64,000 nucleotides of DNA. It comes from a virus. Its lineage: Duplodnaviria; Caudoviricetes. Under the pieces are notes generated by a model, which worked only from the letters and a program-made list of their open reading frames with translations, was not told the DNA's origin and searched no databases. The position numbers and the translations under genes were made by a program. The DNA lies in the IMG/VR virus record IMGVR_UViG_3300021387_000688; one strand, 5' to 3'. Below, piece after piece: positions 17,520-27,073 of this stretch (positions are counted from its first letter, which is position 1; every line of letters starts with the position of its first letter).

Positions 17520-18374
17520 TTATTCTTCAGTTAAAGCTTTTACTATCTTAGATGTTTCTGCTTTCTTATATACATCTTTTACAAAGTCTTTAACATCCTT
17601 CTTAAGATCAGCTTTGTTTCCGCGGAACATATCTAAAGTTTCATCTTCTGGTACAATTTCATATTCTCTATCAGAATTGATTAGGCCGCATTTTGCTTTG
17701 AAAGAAACTTTTTTATTTCCTACATCTCTACCATCTACTACGATTTCGATTACTGTTGATTTCTTATCTACTCCTGTAGAAGTATTCAACTTAGAAACCT
17801 TTTCTGCTATGGCATCTTTGAATACTTGTTCATAGGCAGTTTTAACAGCGTCTACAATTTCATCTTTACCGATAGTGTTTGTAATAGTTTGTTTAATTCT
17901 TTGTTCTTTTAATACTTTCTTAGCTTCCTGACGGAATCCTTCTCTAGCTTCTTCTAATGCTTTAGAAGCGGCTTCATATCTTCTTTTGGCTCTAATCAAT
18001 TGCCATTCTGCTAATGAACCCTTCATTTTATTCTCCTTTAATTCTTTCTTTACTAATGATTTCAATTCTTTGTAAATATTCTTTCCACTAAAACAACTTG
18101 GGTCATCAAATAATTTACAATAAGGTTTTCCGGATGCAGGAATCAAAATAGTAAAGCGAGTTTCGTCTTGCCAGTCTCCTCCCGCATAACCTGAAACATA
18201 TCCCTCTCCTTTTTCATCATCTTCATCGCCAGGAGAAACAGAATCAATTTCCCAATTCTCGATATCCAATTCTTGTGGCCAATCTTTTACATCTTTAGTA
18301 CGAAGAGAAATGTGTCCATTCTCATCCATAAGTTCCAAATCGATTAATCTCTTAAAAAATGCTGATTTCTTCAT
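17520..18374 (-). CDS. Hypothetical protein, possibly head-internal
   Basis: Leaderless-type upstream motif; several L-x-E motifs. Confidence 0.6.
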   Translation of the reverse strand: MKKSAFFKRLIDLELMDENGHISLRTKDVKDWPQELDIENWEIDSVSPGDEDDEKGEGYVSGYAGGDWQDETRFTILIPASGKPYCKLFDDPSCFSGKNIYKELKSLVKKELKENKMKGSLAEWQLIRAKRRYEAASKALEEAREGFRQEAKKVLKEQRIKQTITNTIGKDEIVDAVKTAYEQVFKDAIAEKVSKLNTSTGVDKKSTVIEIVVDGRDVGNKKVSFKAKCGLINSDREYEIVPEDETLDMFRGNKADLKKDVKDFVKDVYKKAETSKIVKALTEE

Positions 18375-18472
18375 ATTTATATATAGTCGCGACTAAATTA
18401 AATAACATTCATATAAAACCCGTCAATCCGATATTGCTGTGATTGATTTGTTTTCTTGAATAAGGAGAAAAT

Positions 18473-19651
18473 ATGCAAAACGAAATTGAAGTTTTGTGGG
18501 AGAATTATTACATCAAAAAACCTCTCACACTCTGGGAGTTTGTTCAAAAACAAACTAATCTTATCAAACTTTTTCCTAGCGTAGAAAGAGCTTTAAAAAG
18601 GTATGATGAAACATTTTTAAAAAATCCTTTAAGAGTAGGTGAAGTATACCTTACAGGACCCGTTGGAACTGGAAAAGGAGTTTATTCTTACATTGTAATG
18701 GCTTATAGATTGTATCTTGCAATGTTGTTAAAAAATCCTAAAACAGAAATATTTAAGTTCAGCCCTGATTCTGAGTTGAGTCTTTTATATTGCGGTGAAC
18801 GTTCTGATGAAATGTTAAAAGGTTTTATACATTTCTTAAAGAATATTCAAAACCCTGTCGCTCCAATGTTTGTAATAAACGAAAGTAAAAAAACCGAAAC
18901 AAGAAGGGATGTCATTGTAATCAATATACATGAAGATAAATTATGGCCTACTGCAAACTATGGGGATAATGAAATCGTATTTAAGTATGCAAAAAATTCT
19001 GCGGGTTTTATAGGCACTAATCCTATTATAATAGAATTTGATTGTGAGCAATCAAACCGAACTGAAAGTATGTGGGATATGTTTAATAAACTAGAAGATA
19101 GATTAAATTCTAGATTCCTTAATAAAGATTTATTCACTTCTTTAATAGTTGAAAAATATCCTAACAATCTTTACTCCGATTTAATGGACCAACATATTCA
19201 AGAGCTACAAGCCTATCCTGGAGGTTCAAAATATTTAATAGAAGGGTTTGTTCCTCCGTATTTAAGAGACGTAACTAGAAAAGAAGATGAACCTAAAGAT
19301 AGTTGTTTTATAGATTTGTATACAGGTTACGCAGGGGACTTATCAGAATTGAAAGAGTATAGGACAAAACATCCAAAAAACCCTACTATGAATTTCCCTT
19401 CTGTTTATTCTACGGTGAACGGGGATATGGAACTTTTACCATTTGCAAAAGAACATCCTAAACAATTCATTAATGATATTTTAGGTATTCCGATTCCTAG
19501 ACCTTTTACTACAGATGTTAAAGTAACTGATACTTTAAGTGCTTTACAAACTGTACGTAAATTAATAAGAGATTATCATATTCAATTTACTTTTGGATCG
19601 GATGGGGGTTATTTATCTATACCGGAAGTAAATACAAAGATTAAACTTTAA
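18473..19651 (+). CDS. Terminase-large-subunit-like P-loop protein lacking an evident nuclease domain
   Basis: EVYLTGPVGTGKG Walker A followed by AYRLYLAMLLKNPK; only 392 aa. Confidence 0.5.
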   Translation: MQNEIEVLWENYYIKKPLTLWEFVQKQTNLIKLFPSVERALKRYDETFLKNPLRVGEVYLTGPVGTGKGVYSYIVMAYRLYLAMLLKNPKTEIFKFSPDSELSLLYCGERSDEMLKGFIHFLKNIQNPVAPMFVINESKKTETRRDVIVINIHEDKLWPTANYGDNEIVFKYAKNSAGFIGTNPIIIEFDCEQSNRTESMWDMFNKLEDRLNSRFLNKDLFTSLIVEKYPNNLYSDLMDQHIQELQAYPGGSKYLIEGFVPPYLRDVTRKEDEPKDSCFIDLYTGYAGDLSELKEYRTKHPKNPTMNFPSVYSTVNGDMELLPFAKEHPKQFINDILGIPIPRPFTTDVKVTDTLSALQTVRKLIRDYHIQFTFGSDGGYLSIPEVNTKIKL

Positions 19652-19706
19652 CCAAAAGAAAAGGCTCTTCTTTCGAAGAGCCTTAACTTTTTTAATTAAT
19701 TATTTT

Positions 19707-20624
19707 TTACTTACCAGATTTCAAATCATATGTATTTGGTACATAGATACTCTGTGAAGAAACCTGTACACCATCCCATTTTTCAAGACGTGCCATTTCC
19801 TCTTCATGTTTCCACTGAGCTTTCTGAATTTCAAGATTCTGTGCAACTTTTGCGTTATAATATGCAATAGCATCAGCCTCTGCTTTCTTAGCCTCAGCTG
19901 CCTTCTGAGCCTTAATCAATTCTCCTTCTGCCTGCTGTACTGCTGCATTCTTTTCAGCTTCAGCCGTTGCAACTTTCTTTTGTGCATTAGCTGCTTCTTT
20001 CAATGCATCTTGATTAGCCTGTTCTACCTGAGCTCTCATTTCCGCAGTTTTCTTAATCTGGGTTTCAAATCCTGCATCCCAATTAATATTGTCTACTACA
20101 ATATTCAATACTTCAATAGGTAAATCCAAACGAGCGGCTTCTGCAGTAACACGTGCGATTACTTTGCTAATTACATCATCCTGTTTACCCACAAATTCCA
20201 AGGCTTCGAGTTTACCAATTTCAGACTTAAAGGCCTGTTTACAAGGATTAGAAATCAAATTATAAAGTGCATCTTGCGTAGAATATTTATTCGCAACTGT
20301 AACTACAGATCCGTCTTTATACTTCCAAGTCAATGTAAATTCGATACCAAGAGACTGACCGTCTTTTGTAATAAGAGCCTTTTCTCCAAGTGGTATTGAC
20401 TTTGAATATTCGATAGGTGTCTTATTAATTTTTCTGAACCTCTGTACAAAAGGTGCTTTGAAATGAAGTCCCGGTCCAATCTGAGTGTCACTTACTGTTC
20501 CTAAAGTAACAGTAGCAGCTTCCTCTGTAGGTCCAATAACTGAACAAGAGTTAATTCCTACAACTACCAACAACCCTACAATGATTGCGGCTACGATCAA
20601 TTTTGTGAATGATTTGTCTGACAT
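19707..20624 (-). CDS. SPFH/band-7/prohibitin family membrane protein
   Basis: N-terminal TM segment; GPGLHFKAPFVQ, ITKDGQ, coiled coil, EKWDG. Confidence 0.9.
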   Translation of the reverse strand: MSDKSFTKLIVAAIIVGLLVVVGINSCSVIGPTEEAATVTLGTVSDTQIGPGLHFKAPFVQRFRKINKTPIEYSKSIPLGEKALITKDGQSLGIEFTLTWKYKDGSVVTVANKYSTQDALYNLISNPCKQAFKSEIGKLEALEFVGKQDDVISKVIARVTAEAARLDLPIEVLNIVVDNINWDAGFETQIKKTAEMRAQVEQANQDALKEAANAQKKVATAEAEKNAAVQQAEGELIKAQKAAEAKKAEADAIAYYNAKVAQNLEIQKAQWKHEEEMARLEKWDGVQVSSQSIYVPNTYDLKSGK

Positions 20625-21001
20625 TATTTATGTCCTCCTCTAACATATTTATAAACGAAGCCGGTATTGAAATTACAAACCGGTCTTCCTTTTAGTTTAC
20701 CTTTCCAAGTGCGATAAGCTTCGCCTTTTGCATTTACATATAATTTGATATCAGTTTCTCTCTTCCACCAAATATCAAAGCCATTGTCTCCATGTAATTC
20801 TTCTGTTTTTCTTACAAAACACTTTGTAAGGTTTTCTCCAGATTCATCAGATTGTCCTGTATCAGATCCTGTTATAGTATATTCTATATAATGTTTAGAA
20901 TCCATATAACCAAAGGCCTGGATACCTGCCATAGAAGGGGCGCAATGATTGTTGTTTGTTCCATCTGCATCTAAAGGCAGTTTTACTTGTTCGTATTGCA
21001 T
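20624..21001 (-). CDS. Hypothetical protein
   Basis: Operon context. Confidence 0.6.
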   Translation of the reverse strand: MQYEQVKLPLDADGTNNNHCAPSMAGIQAFGYMDSKHYIEYTITGSDTGQSDESGENLTKCFVRKTEELHGDNGFDIWWKRETDIKLYVNAKGEAYRTWKGKLKGRPVCNFNTGFVYKYVRGGHK

Positions 21002-21282
21002 CTTGTGTCCTTAATCTTTGCTACATCCATTCCGGCTTTCATAAAACCAATAGTGGATGCATTCTTTTTGACATGTACGAAAACAATGTCATCTGGTCCG
21101 ACTACCCTTCCATCTGCATAAGTAGAATATTTGATTCCCCTTCCTTTTAAGTATTCCAGAATCTTTTCGTCAGTAGTGTTACTCAACATTACCAACCATT
21201 CTTCGTTTTCACTTAGGGGATTTTCCTTTTGGACTTTTTCAAAAGCCTTTTCAAAAGGTCTTACAAATTTTCTTAACCTCAT
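20983..21282 (-). CDS. Hypothetical protein
   Basis: Operon context. Confidence 0.6.
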   Translation of the reverse strand: MRLRKFVRPFEKAFEKVQKENPLSENEEWLVMLSNTTDEKILEYLKGRGIKYSTYADGRVVGPDDIVFVHVKKNASTIGFMKAGMDVAKIKDTRCNTNK

Positions 21283-21497
21283 CCTTTAATCTCCCGGAAT
21301 CCAAGAAGAGTTATATTTTCCAATTCAGGATTTAAAGACTCAACTTCATGCTTCAACTGCAAGATTCCTTCTTTAGTATCAATATCAATATCGACAGAAG
21401 TATCCATAAAGAAAGAACCCATTTCAGTGTTTTTATATTGAGGAGCTTCTTCAACTTTTTTCTGAGCGGCATATGAAATATAGAATCTTTTAACCAT
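21279..21497 (-). CDS. Hypothetical protein
   Basis: GGAGG SD; ATG overlapping the nadD stop (TAATG). Confidence 0.6.
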   Translation of the reverse strand: MVKRFYISYAAQKKVEEAPQYKNTEMGSFFMDTSVDIDIDTKEGILQLKHEVESLNPELENITLLGFREIKG

Positions 21498-22199
21498 TAA
21501 GTCCTCCCGTAATATTCTTTGTCTGAAAGATACATATCCATCAATTCTGCAATCAAAGTATTGCGCACATTGGTTGCAGAACATTCTTCAAATTCTGTAC
21601 CCATGTCGAGAGGGACAGCTTCAATAATAGGAATTGGGGCATCGATTGTATCTGGTCCAGAATCCTTGCAATAAAAATCAAAGCCTCGTTTAAGATTGTC
21701 ATTCATCTTCAAAGTTTTACTTACATGATCTGAACGATTGGCCACAATCAATTTTGCAAGCTTAAGGATATCTTTATATCGTGTCCAAGTAGTAAACTCC
21801 TTAAAAGAATCTTCTCCAATCATTAAAAAGAGTTCGTCATTTGGATACTTGTCATGGAAATACTGTACCAAATTGATAGATCTCCAAGTACCGTCTTTAT
21901 CTTTTTCAATTGTATCGATTTCTACATCATAAGGGCATTTCACCAAAAAGTCTTTAATGATAGTAACCTTTTCATCATAAGAAAAAAGATAACGCTTGTC
22001 AGGTCTGTAATAATTTACAGTTGTAGGAACAATAACTACCTTATCTACAAGATTCTGTTCAAAGGCTTTTACAATTAAAGCCATATGCCCCATGTGAAAA
22101 GGATCAAACGTTTCAAGTGCCGCCGTAAATACCAATTCTTCTACGATTGGTATTTACGGCGGCATTCTCCTTAGTATTTGAATTTTCAATATCTTTCAT
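21497..22199 (-). CDS. nadD: Nicotinate-nucleotide adenylyltransferase, coding sequence interrupted by a 7-nt gap (22115-22109)
   Basis: 5' ORF 22199-22113 MKDIENSNTKENAAVNTNRRRIGIYGGT*; 3' frame FDPFHMGH...MIGEDSF..W...SATNVR. Joined, they give the canonical IGIYGGTFDPFHMGH. Confidence 0.85.
22118..22164. repeat. Perfect 19-bp inverted repeat with a 9-nt loop inside the nadD 5' region
   Basis: TGCCGCCGTAAATACCAAT (22118-22136) / ATTGGTATTTACGGCGGCA (22146-22164). Confidence 0.95.
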
Positions 22200-22214
22200 A
22201 TTAAGAATATAGGT

Positions 22215-23228
22215 TTATTTGTGCCTATATTTTCTTAAAAAATCTTTTCCATATTGAGTATTTATATAATTTAAAATTTCTTTCATTTCCTTGTTGCTAA
22301 AAATTTTTACATTATTTTGTTTCATACATTTCTCTTTAGCTAATAGTTGCTCATTACTAATCCCTTTAAAAGGATCTATTAGGTGACCCTCAGGATTTAT
22401 TAAATGACTTCCTTTGAGTTCTATCAATTTATCCCCTACTTTAAAATCCACTTCGTATTTATGTTTTTTACCTTCTATCTCGTATTCTAAATATTCTGTA
22501 TGGTAGGAAAAATCGATATTATGATCCTTAAGATAAATGTAGTAAGCTAACTCCCAACTTGAATCAAAATAAATGTTTTCGTAAAAATAATAATGCGTTT
22601 GATGCCCAGATCCCCCGTACATTCTTCCCCATCTTTCTAAACAGGTTTTAGCAGCTTTTTGTTTAACTTTATCTGATTGGGAAGATGCTTCATAACCATA
22701 TTTTTGAATACATGTTTGTTTTCTTTTTTGTACAGCTTCTTTTGTACTACATTTTATTTTAGATTTTTCCCTAGCTTCCTTTGTTTGCATTGGACCTGTA
22801 GAGTGTCCAAACTTCTCTATCATTGTTTGTTGTTGCTTTACGTGGGCTTCTTTTATAAGACCACCGCACGTAATTCCTTTGCCATACTTTTTCTCAACTG
22901 CAGCTGAAATGATGTCAGTCCTTTTAAAAATATTATCTACCCCATATTTCTTTATAGAAGTTTCTTTAGCTTTTTCTAACCTATGCTTTTCATAATTTTC
23001 CCAAGAACCGTATTTTTGGATTTTGGTGTCCTTGCTCTTGCAAATAGGGCATAGAAGTTTTGTAAGTCTATTATAAGGATTGTTTTTTAAGAAATGAATT
23101 TCTTTTCCACAGGATTCGCATTTTGAAATAAAAGATTGTTTACTTTGATAGATTTCACATGCTTCTTGAAAGTCTTCTATAGAAGACACATAGATAGGTG
23201 TTTCTGAAAATTTTAATTTGTTACTCAT
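22215..23228 (-). CDS. Free-standing putative homing endonuclease (Zn finger, KxTCxxKYG repeats, C-terminal PD-(D/E)XK-like domain)
   Basis: CESC..CPIC; repeats KETSIKKYG, KQTCIQKYG, KTCLERWG; FDSSWELAYY...YEVDF...IELKG. Confidence 0.75.
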   Translation of the reverse strand: MSNKLKFSETPIYVSSIEDFQEACEIYQSKQSFISKCESCGKEIHFLKNNPYNRLTKLLCPICKSKDTKIQKYGSWENYEKHRLEKAKETSIKKYGVDNIFKRTDIISAAVEKKYGKGITCGGLIKEAHVKQQQTMIEKFGHSTGPMQTKEAREKSKIKCSTKEAVQKRKQTCIQKYGYEASSQSDKVKQKAAKTCLERWGRMYGGSGHQTHYYFYENIYFDSSWELAYYIYLKDHNIDFSYHTEYLEYEIEGKKHKYEVDFKVGDKLIELKGSHLINPEGHLIDPFKGISNEQLLAKEKCMKQNNVKIFSNKEMKEILNYINTQYGKDFLRKYRHK

Positions 23229-23244
23229 AGTGTTTTTCCCTTTT

Positions 23245-23338
23245 AAGACGCGCCAACGTCTTTTATATTTTTAATTAGTAGAAAGGGTTAGAAAGAAATG
23301 AGTAAATCCTTTCAAGAGGTTGGCGCCTCCTGTCCCCT
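23245..23338 (-). promoter_or_regulatory. Two hairpins with complementary loops (kissing pair) upstream of the endonuclease
   Basis: Minus strand: CAGGAGG-CGCCAA-CCTCTTG and AAGACG-TTGGCG-CGTCTT. Confidence 0.55.
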
Positions 23339-23356
23339 ATGATTTTAGTTAGCCCC

Positions 23357-23983
23357 TTATAATGTTTTTAAGATGTCTGCTACATCTTCTTTTGTAAAAT
23401 TACTTCTATACATAATGTTCTGAAGGTCCTTTTTAATACGAGTGATTTTATCCTCGTGAAGTTCCTGCTTAGCATTATCGAAAAGTTCTTTCAAATCATA
23501 TCTTAAATATTCACGAATTTGGTCTTCCCAATTTTCAGGCATTACTTCAGCTTCTGCGGCTTTATAATCTTCATCCTTGAAAAGTACACCCATGCCATAG
23601 CCACTTGGACCGTATAAAGTTGTTTTCTGTTTAGGGGAACAATAAGGCTCATACAATGAAGGGTTAGCAGTATCAATGTAAAGCTTGTCGCAACCATTTT
23701 TTGGTTCCGGGAGGGGAACGTAATAGTAGTAATAGTTGTTGGCATAAATACGAATTGGATTGATATAGGATTCGTTATTAGATTCTGCCCACTGCACTAC
23801 AGCATAGATGTGATCTTTTATATGCCATGCTAATGCATTCAAGGCTTCTTCGAAATTAAAGCCTTCTCCAATAATAGTAGAGTTCTGAACTCCTGCTTCC
23901 GGATGAGAATTGAATTCTGCGCAAAGTCGAAATTTTACTCCAATCTTAATTTGTGCAAGTGTTGAACCTTTCATTTCAGTCAT
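23357..23983 (-). CDS. Hypothetical protein
   Basis: ORF in track; start likely ATG 23983, coupled to the upstream small ORF. Confidence 0.6.
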   Translation of the reverse strand: MTEMKGSTLAQIKIGVKFRLCAEFNSHPEAGVQNSTIIGEGFNFEEALNALAWHIKDHIYAVVQWAESNNESYINPIRIYANNYYYYYVPLPEPKNGCDKLYIDTANPSLYEPYCSPKQKTTLYGPSGYGMGVLFKDEDYKAAEAEVMPENWEDQIREYLRYDLKELFDNAKQELHEDKITRIKKDLQNIMYRSNFTKEDVADILKTL

Positions 23984-24095
23984 CCCAAACATCCTCTTCT
24001 TCGCCTTTATAAGAACCTTCTTCATAGTCAGGAAGTTCTATAACAATATCTTCAATAATATCTTTTTTAACTTCTGGTTTCTGATTTTCATCCAT
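23976..24095 (-). CDS. Small acidic protein (39 aa)
   Basis: MDENQKPEVKKDIIEDIVIELPDYEEGSYKGEEEDVWDD; operon context. Confidence 0.45.
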   Translation of the reverse strand: MDENQKPEVKKDIIEDIVIELPDYEEGSYKGEEEDVWDD

Positions 24096-24097
24096 AA

Positions 24098-24271
24098 TTA
24101 AATTCCTGTACAACTTGGTACATATTCTGTAATACGAACAGTATATCCATTTGCACGAAGTTCTTTTGCAAGGGCTTCTATTTTGGCTTCATAACGCTCT
24201 TTGCCAGTAGAACAAACAAGATTGCCTTCTTTGTCGTATGCACGGAGTTTATATTCAGTGTATGCTATCAT
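24098..24271 (-). CDS. Small early protein (57 aa)
   Basis: Class I promoter and AAGAGGTAACAG-ATG; MIAYTEYKLRAYDKEG... Confidence 0.7.
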   Translation of the reverse strand: MIAYTEYKLRAYDKEGNLVCSTGKERYEAKIEALAKELRANGYTVRITEYVPSCTGI

Positions 24272-24370
24272 CTGTTACCTCTTGAATATAATATAGAAAA
24301 ATTCAGTTCCGAGTTTATCTATATTTTCATTATATTTGAACTAAATATTCTATTAAAGGAGAATATAATT

Positions 24371-26206
24371 ATGGGAAATCCTATTACTAATGAATTACCA
24401 CCTAGCCTTGATAATTTCATGCAGGATATGTGCCAGATGTATACAAAGAAGATGAATTATTCACATGTGGCTAAATTCGCTGAAAAGGCTACCGCTGAAG
24501 ATATTAAAGCTTTGAGAAAACTCTATAGGAAAGCAAAAGAAGCCGCAGAGGTAGATGACGAAGAAGAAATGCAAGACATTGCAGACGAAGTTGAGAAACT
24601 CGTATTTGAGAAAATTGCATTGAAAGATTCTATCAAGGAATCTTTTGAAGATGAGGAAGATGATCCTTTTGCAGCTGAAAAAGAAGGTAATCCTTATATC
24701 TTAGGAAACTGTTCTATATGCGGAGCTAAGGGAACTGATACAGTAGAAAACTTCTTGAAGAAATATGGTTTTGAGGATATAGATTATTCTTGTGATATAC
24801 TCGATATTGATCCTCTTGAAGAAGTTTGTGAAGAATGTTTCAAGTCATGGCTTCCTGAATTGAATGATAAAACATATTCCGAATATGATGACTTAGGTAC
24901 AGATACAAGAACAGGTTTGCCTTTTGGAGAACCATTCGATGAAAGTGTTAAAAACAAATCCAGTTTGAAAGAATCTTGCGCTTACAATATTGTTCAAAAG
25001 GTTATAAAAGACAATATACTTCCTAGTACAGGGTATACAGAAACAAATGAAGGTATTGAAGCTACATTCAATATCAAAGAAGTAACAGATTATACAGGAT
25101 TGGATGATCCTTTAGAAGCTGTTGAAGCTCTTTTCAAGGGACTTGGTTATGATGGTGCAATTGAACAGATTGCAAATGAAGAAGAATTTATTACAGTAGA
25201 GTTCCCTTATACATCTGAAAACTTGACTGAATCAGAATCTACAGCTTATAATGCAGGAAAGAAAGCGGGTAGAGAAGGTAGAAAGTTTAATCCATATGGA
25301 TTAAGTGATCAGGATGCAGATGATTATGCAGACTTTGAAGCAGGTCGACAAGCAGGGGAAGCTGAATGTTCAGAAGATTGTTTGAGTGATTACCAAAAAG
25401 ATGTAATTAAAGATATGGTACAAGCCGACTTTGAGTGCGGACATACAATGGATTATGAAGAAGCACTTGCAGGTATGGAAGAAGATGAGGATTTAGGACC
25501 TGTAGCAGAAGAGGCAGCCAACTATTATGTAGAACTTGTTCAGATGGGTCCAGCAGGAATCATGGATGAAATTGAGGATGGTTGGAGTGATGATTATAAA
25601 GCTGAATACGGAATCCGCGAATCAAAAAAGAATACTAAGAAAGGATTGAAAGAAAGTATCAGTCCCGACGAATGGAATGATATTTACGATGGGTTTGTAG
25701 AATCTGCAATAGATAGTTATCCTGGAGATCCTGCCGATATAGATTCTCAAGCTATATACGATGATATGGCATTGACAGTAGAACATTTCGAACCTGATCC
25801 TAACGATGAAAATCCTGAAGAATCTTTAAGAGATTGGATTTACGATCATATGCAACCTAGCGATTATGTACCAGAATACGATGACGATGAAGAGTTGGAT
25901 GAATCAAAAAAGAATACTAAAAAAGCTTTAACAGAATCTGAAGAAGACGAAATGTGGCAAGCTTATAATACTTGGTTCGATGATTGTGATGCCGCTTATA
26001 ACAGGCATGAAATAAACGATGAATTCATGGCTGATTATAATGCATTCGAACAAGCTTACAAAACTGCTTCAGGCAAGGATGACGTTGAATATGGAAGTTT
26101 GAAGGATATTTACGATCCTTGGTATGAATCCCATGCGCCGCACTACGACTTAAGTCATGCAGATCATTGGGAAGCAGGTTGGAAGTTTGGTAAAGGACTT
26201 ATGTAA
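24371..26206 (+). CDS. Very acidic protein with repeated L/I-x-ES motifs (prohead core/internal protein-like)
   Basis: IKES, LKES, LTES, IRES, LDES; duplicated ESKKNTKKxLxES (20-bp DNA repeat at 25619 and 25901); ACTAAATA upstream. Confidence 0.55.
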   Translation: MGNPITNELPPSLDNFMQDMCQMYTKKMNYSHVAKFAEKATAEDIKALRKLYRKAKEAAEVDDEEEMQDIADEVEKLVFEKIALKDSIKESFEDEEDDPFAAEKEGNPYILGNCSICGAKGTDTVENFLKKYGFEDIDYSCDILDIDPLEEVCEECFKSWLPELNDKTYSEYDDLGTDTRTGLPFGEPFDESVKNKSSLKESCAYNIVQKVIKDNILPSTGYTETNEGIEATFNIKEVTDYTGLDDPLEAVEALFKGLGYDGAIEQIANEEEFITVEFPYTSENLTESESTAYNAGKKAGREGRKFNPYGLSDQDADDYADFEAGRQAGEAECSEDCLSDYQKDVIKDMVQADFECGHTMDYEEALAGMEEDEDLGPVAEEAANYYVELVQMGPAGIMDEIEDGWSDDYKAEYGIRESKKNTKKGLKESISPDEWNDIYDGFVESAIDSYPGDPADIDSQAIYDDMALTVEHFEPDPNDENPEESLRDWIYDHMQPSDYVPEYDDDEELDESKKNTKKALTESEEDEMWQAYNTWFDDCDAAYNRHEINDEFMADYNAFEQAYKTASGKDDVEYGSLKDIYDPWYESHAPHYDLSHADHWEAGWKFGKGLM

Positions 26207-26226
26207 TTAAAAAATTGCAAAATAAA

Positions 26227-26253
26227 AGCCCCTTCTAAGAAGGGGCTATTTTT
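26227..26253. terminator. Bidirectional terminator
   Basis: AGCCCCTTC-TAA-GAAGGGGCT flanked by A and T runs. Confidence 0.75.
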
Positions 26254-26260
26254 ATGCCTT

Positions 26261-27070
26261 TTAAGCTAACACTTCTCCAATTGGATCATCGAATTTCCAA
26301 TTCTCTTTTAATCCCAATTCAGGATGAGCCATTGGTAACAACTTTAGTTTTGTATTTGGATTCAAGTGCATCTTTTTGATTTTGTTATAAACTTCAAATG
26401 ACTTTGGAGCTAAACCTTCTCGGATGAAAACATCTAAAGCATCATATGTAAAGCCCATATTATCTTCATCACTCTTTCCACACATTCCATCTGAAGGGGT
26501 TTTGTGAACAAGCTCTTTTGGAAGTTTCATATAGTCACCTAAAGCAACAACTTCTGTTTTTGTAAGCTGGTTCAGCAAAGAGAAGTCCCCGCAGCAATCT
26601 CCATACTTTGTAGAGTAACCAACAAAGTCTTCTGAATAGTTACAAGTGTTGCAAACAAAACCGCCAAGCTGAGCAGCAATACCATAAAGTGTTACCATTC
26701 GTAAACGGGCTGGGGTATTTGTTGTAAATAGAGGGGTCCACTGATCAGGAGACTCTTTAATATCGGATGTATCAATCTGATCTTTCAAAGCATCGTAAAC
26801 CGGCCCAATGTTTACTTTCATTGACTGAATTCCCAAAAGTTTGCAAACTTTAATAGAGTCGTCAAGGTCCATCTGGACACCGTTTGGCATCATTACGCCA
26901 ATTACCTTTTTTGGACCTAAAGCTTCAGTCAAAAGAGCAGCACAAATGGTACTGTCTTTTCCACCTGAAATCCCTAAAACTGCAGGACCTTTCTTATCCT
27001 TAAAGAAGTCTTTGATAAAATCAAGGAGCTCATAATAGACTTCCTTTACATCAAATTCGTTTGGACCCAT
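26261..27070 (-). CDS. nadE: NH3-dependent NAD+ synthetase
   Basis: LGISGGKDS, NTPARLRM, GYSTKYGD, LTKTEV, KTPSDG, DEDNMGFTY. Confidence 0.95.
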   Translation of the reverse strand: MGPNEFDVKEVYYELLDFIKDFFKDKKGPAVLGISGGKDSTICAALLTEALGPKKVIGVMMPNGVQMDLDDSIKVCKLLGIQSMKVNIGPVYDALKDQIDTSDIKESPDQWTPLFTTNTPARLRMVTLYGIAAQLGGFVCNTCNYSEDFVGYSTKYGDCCGDFSLLNQLTKTEVVALGDYMKLPKELVHKTPSDGMCGKSDEDNMGFTYDALDVFIREGLAPKSFEVYNKIKKMHLNPNTKLKLLPMAHPELGLKENWKFDDPIGEVLA

Positions 27071-27073
27071 AGG

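Noticed and set aside
22154-22172. uORF ATG-CCG-CCG-TAA in frame with the nadD 3' part
   Set aside because: AAGGAG is only 1 nt from this ATG, and readthrough would give LVFTAALETFDP rather than the conserved IGIYGGTFDP.
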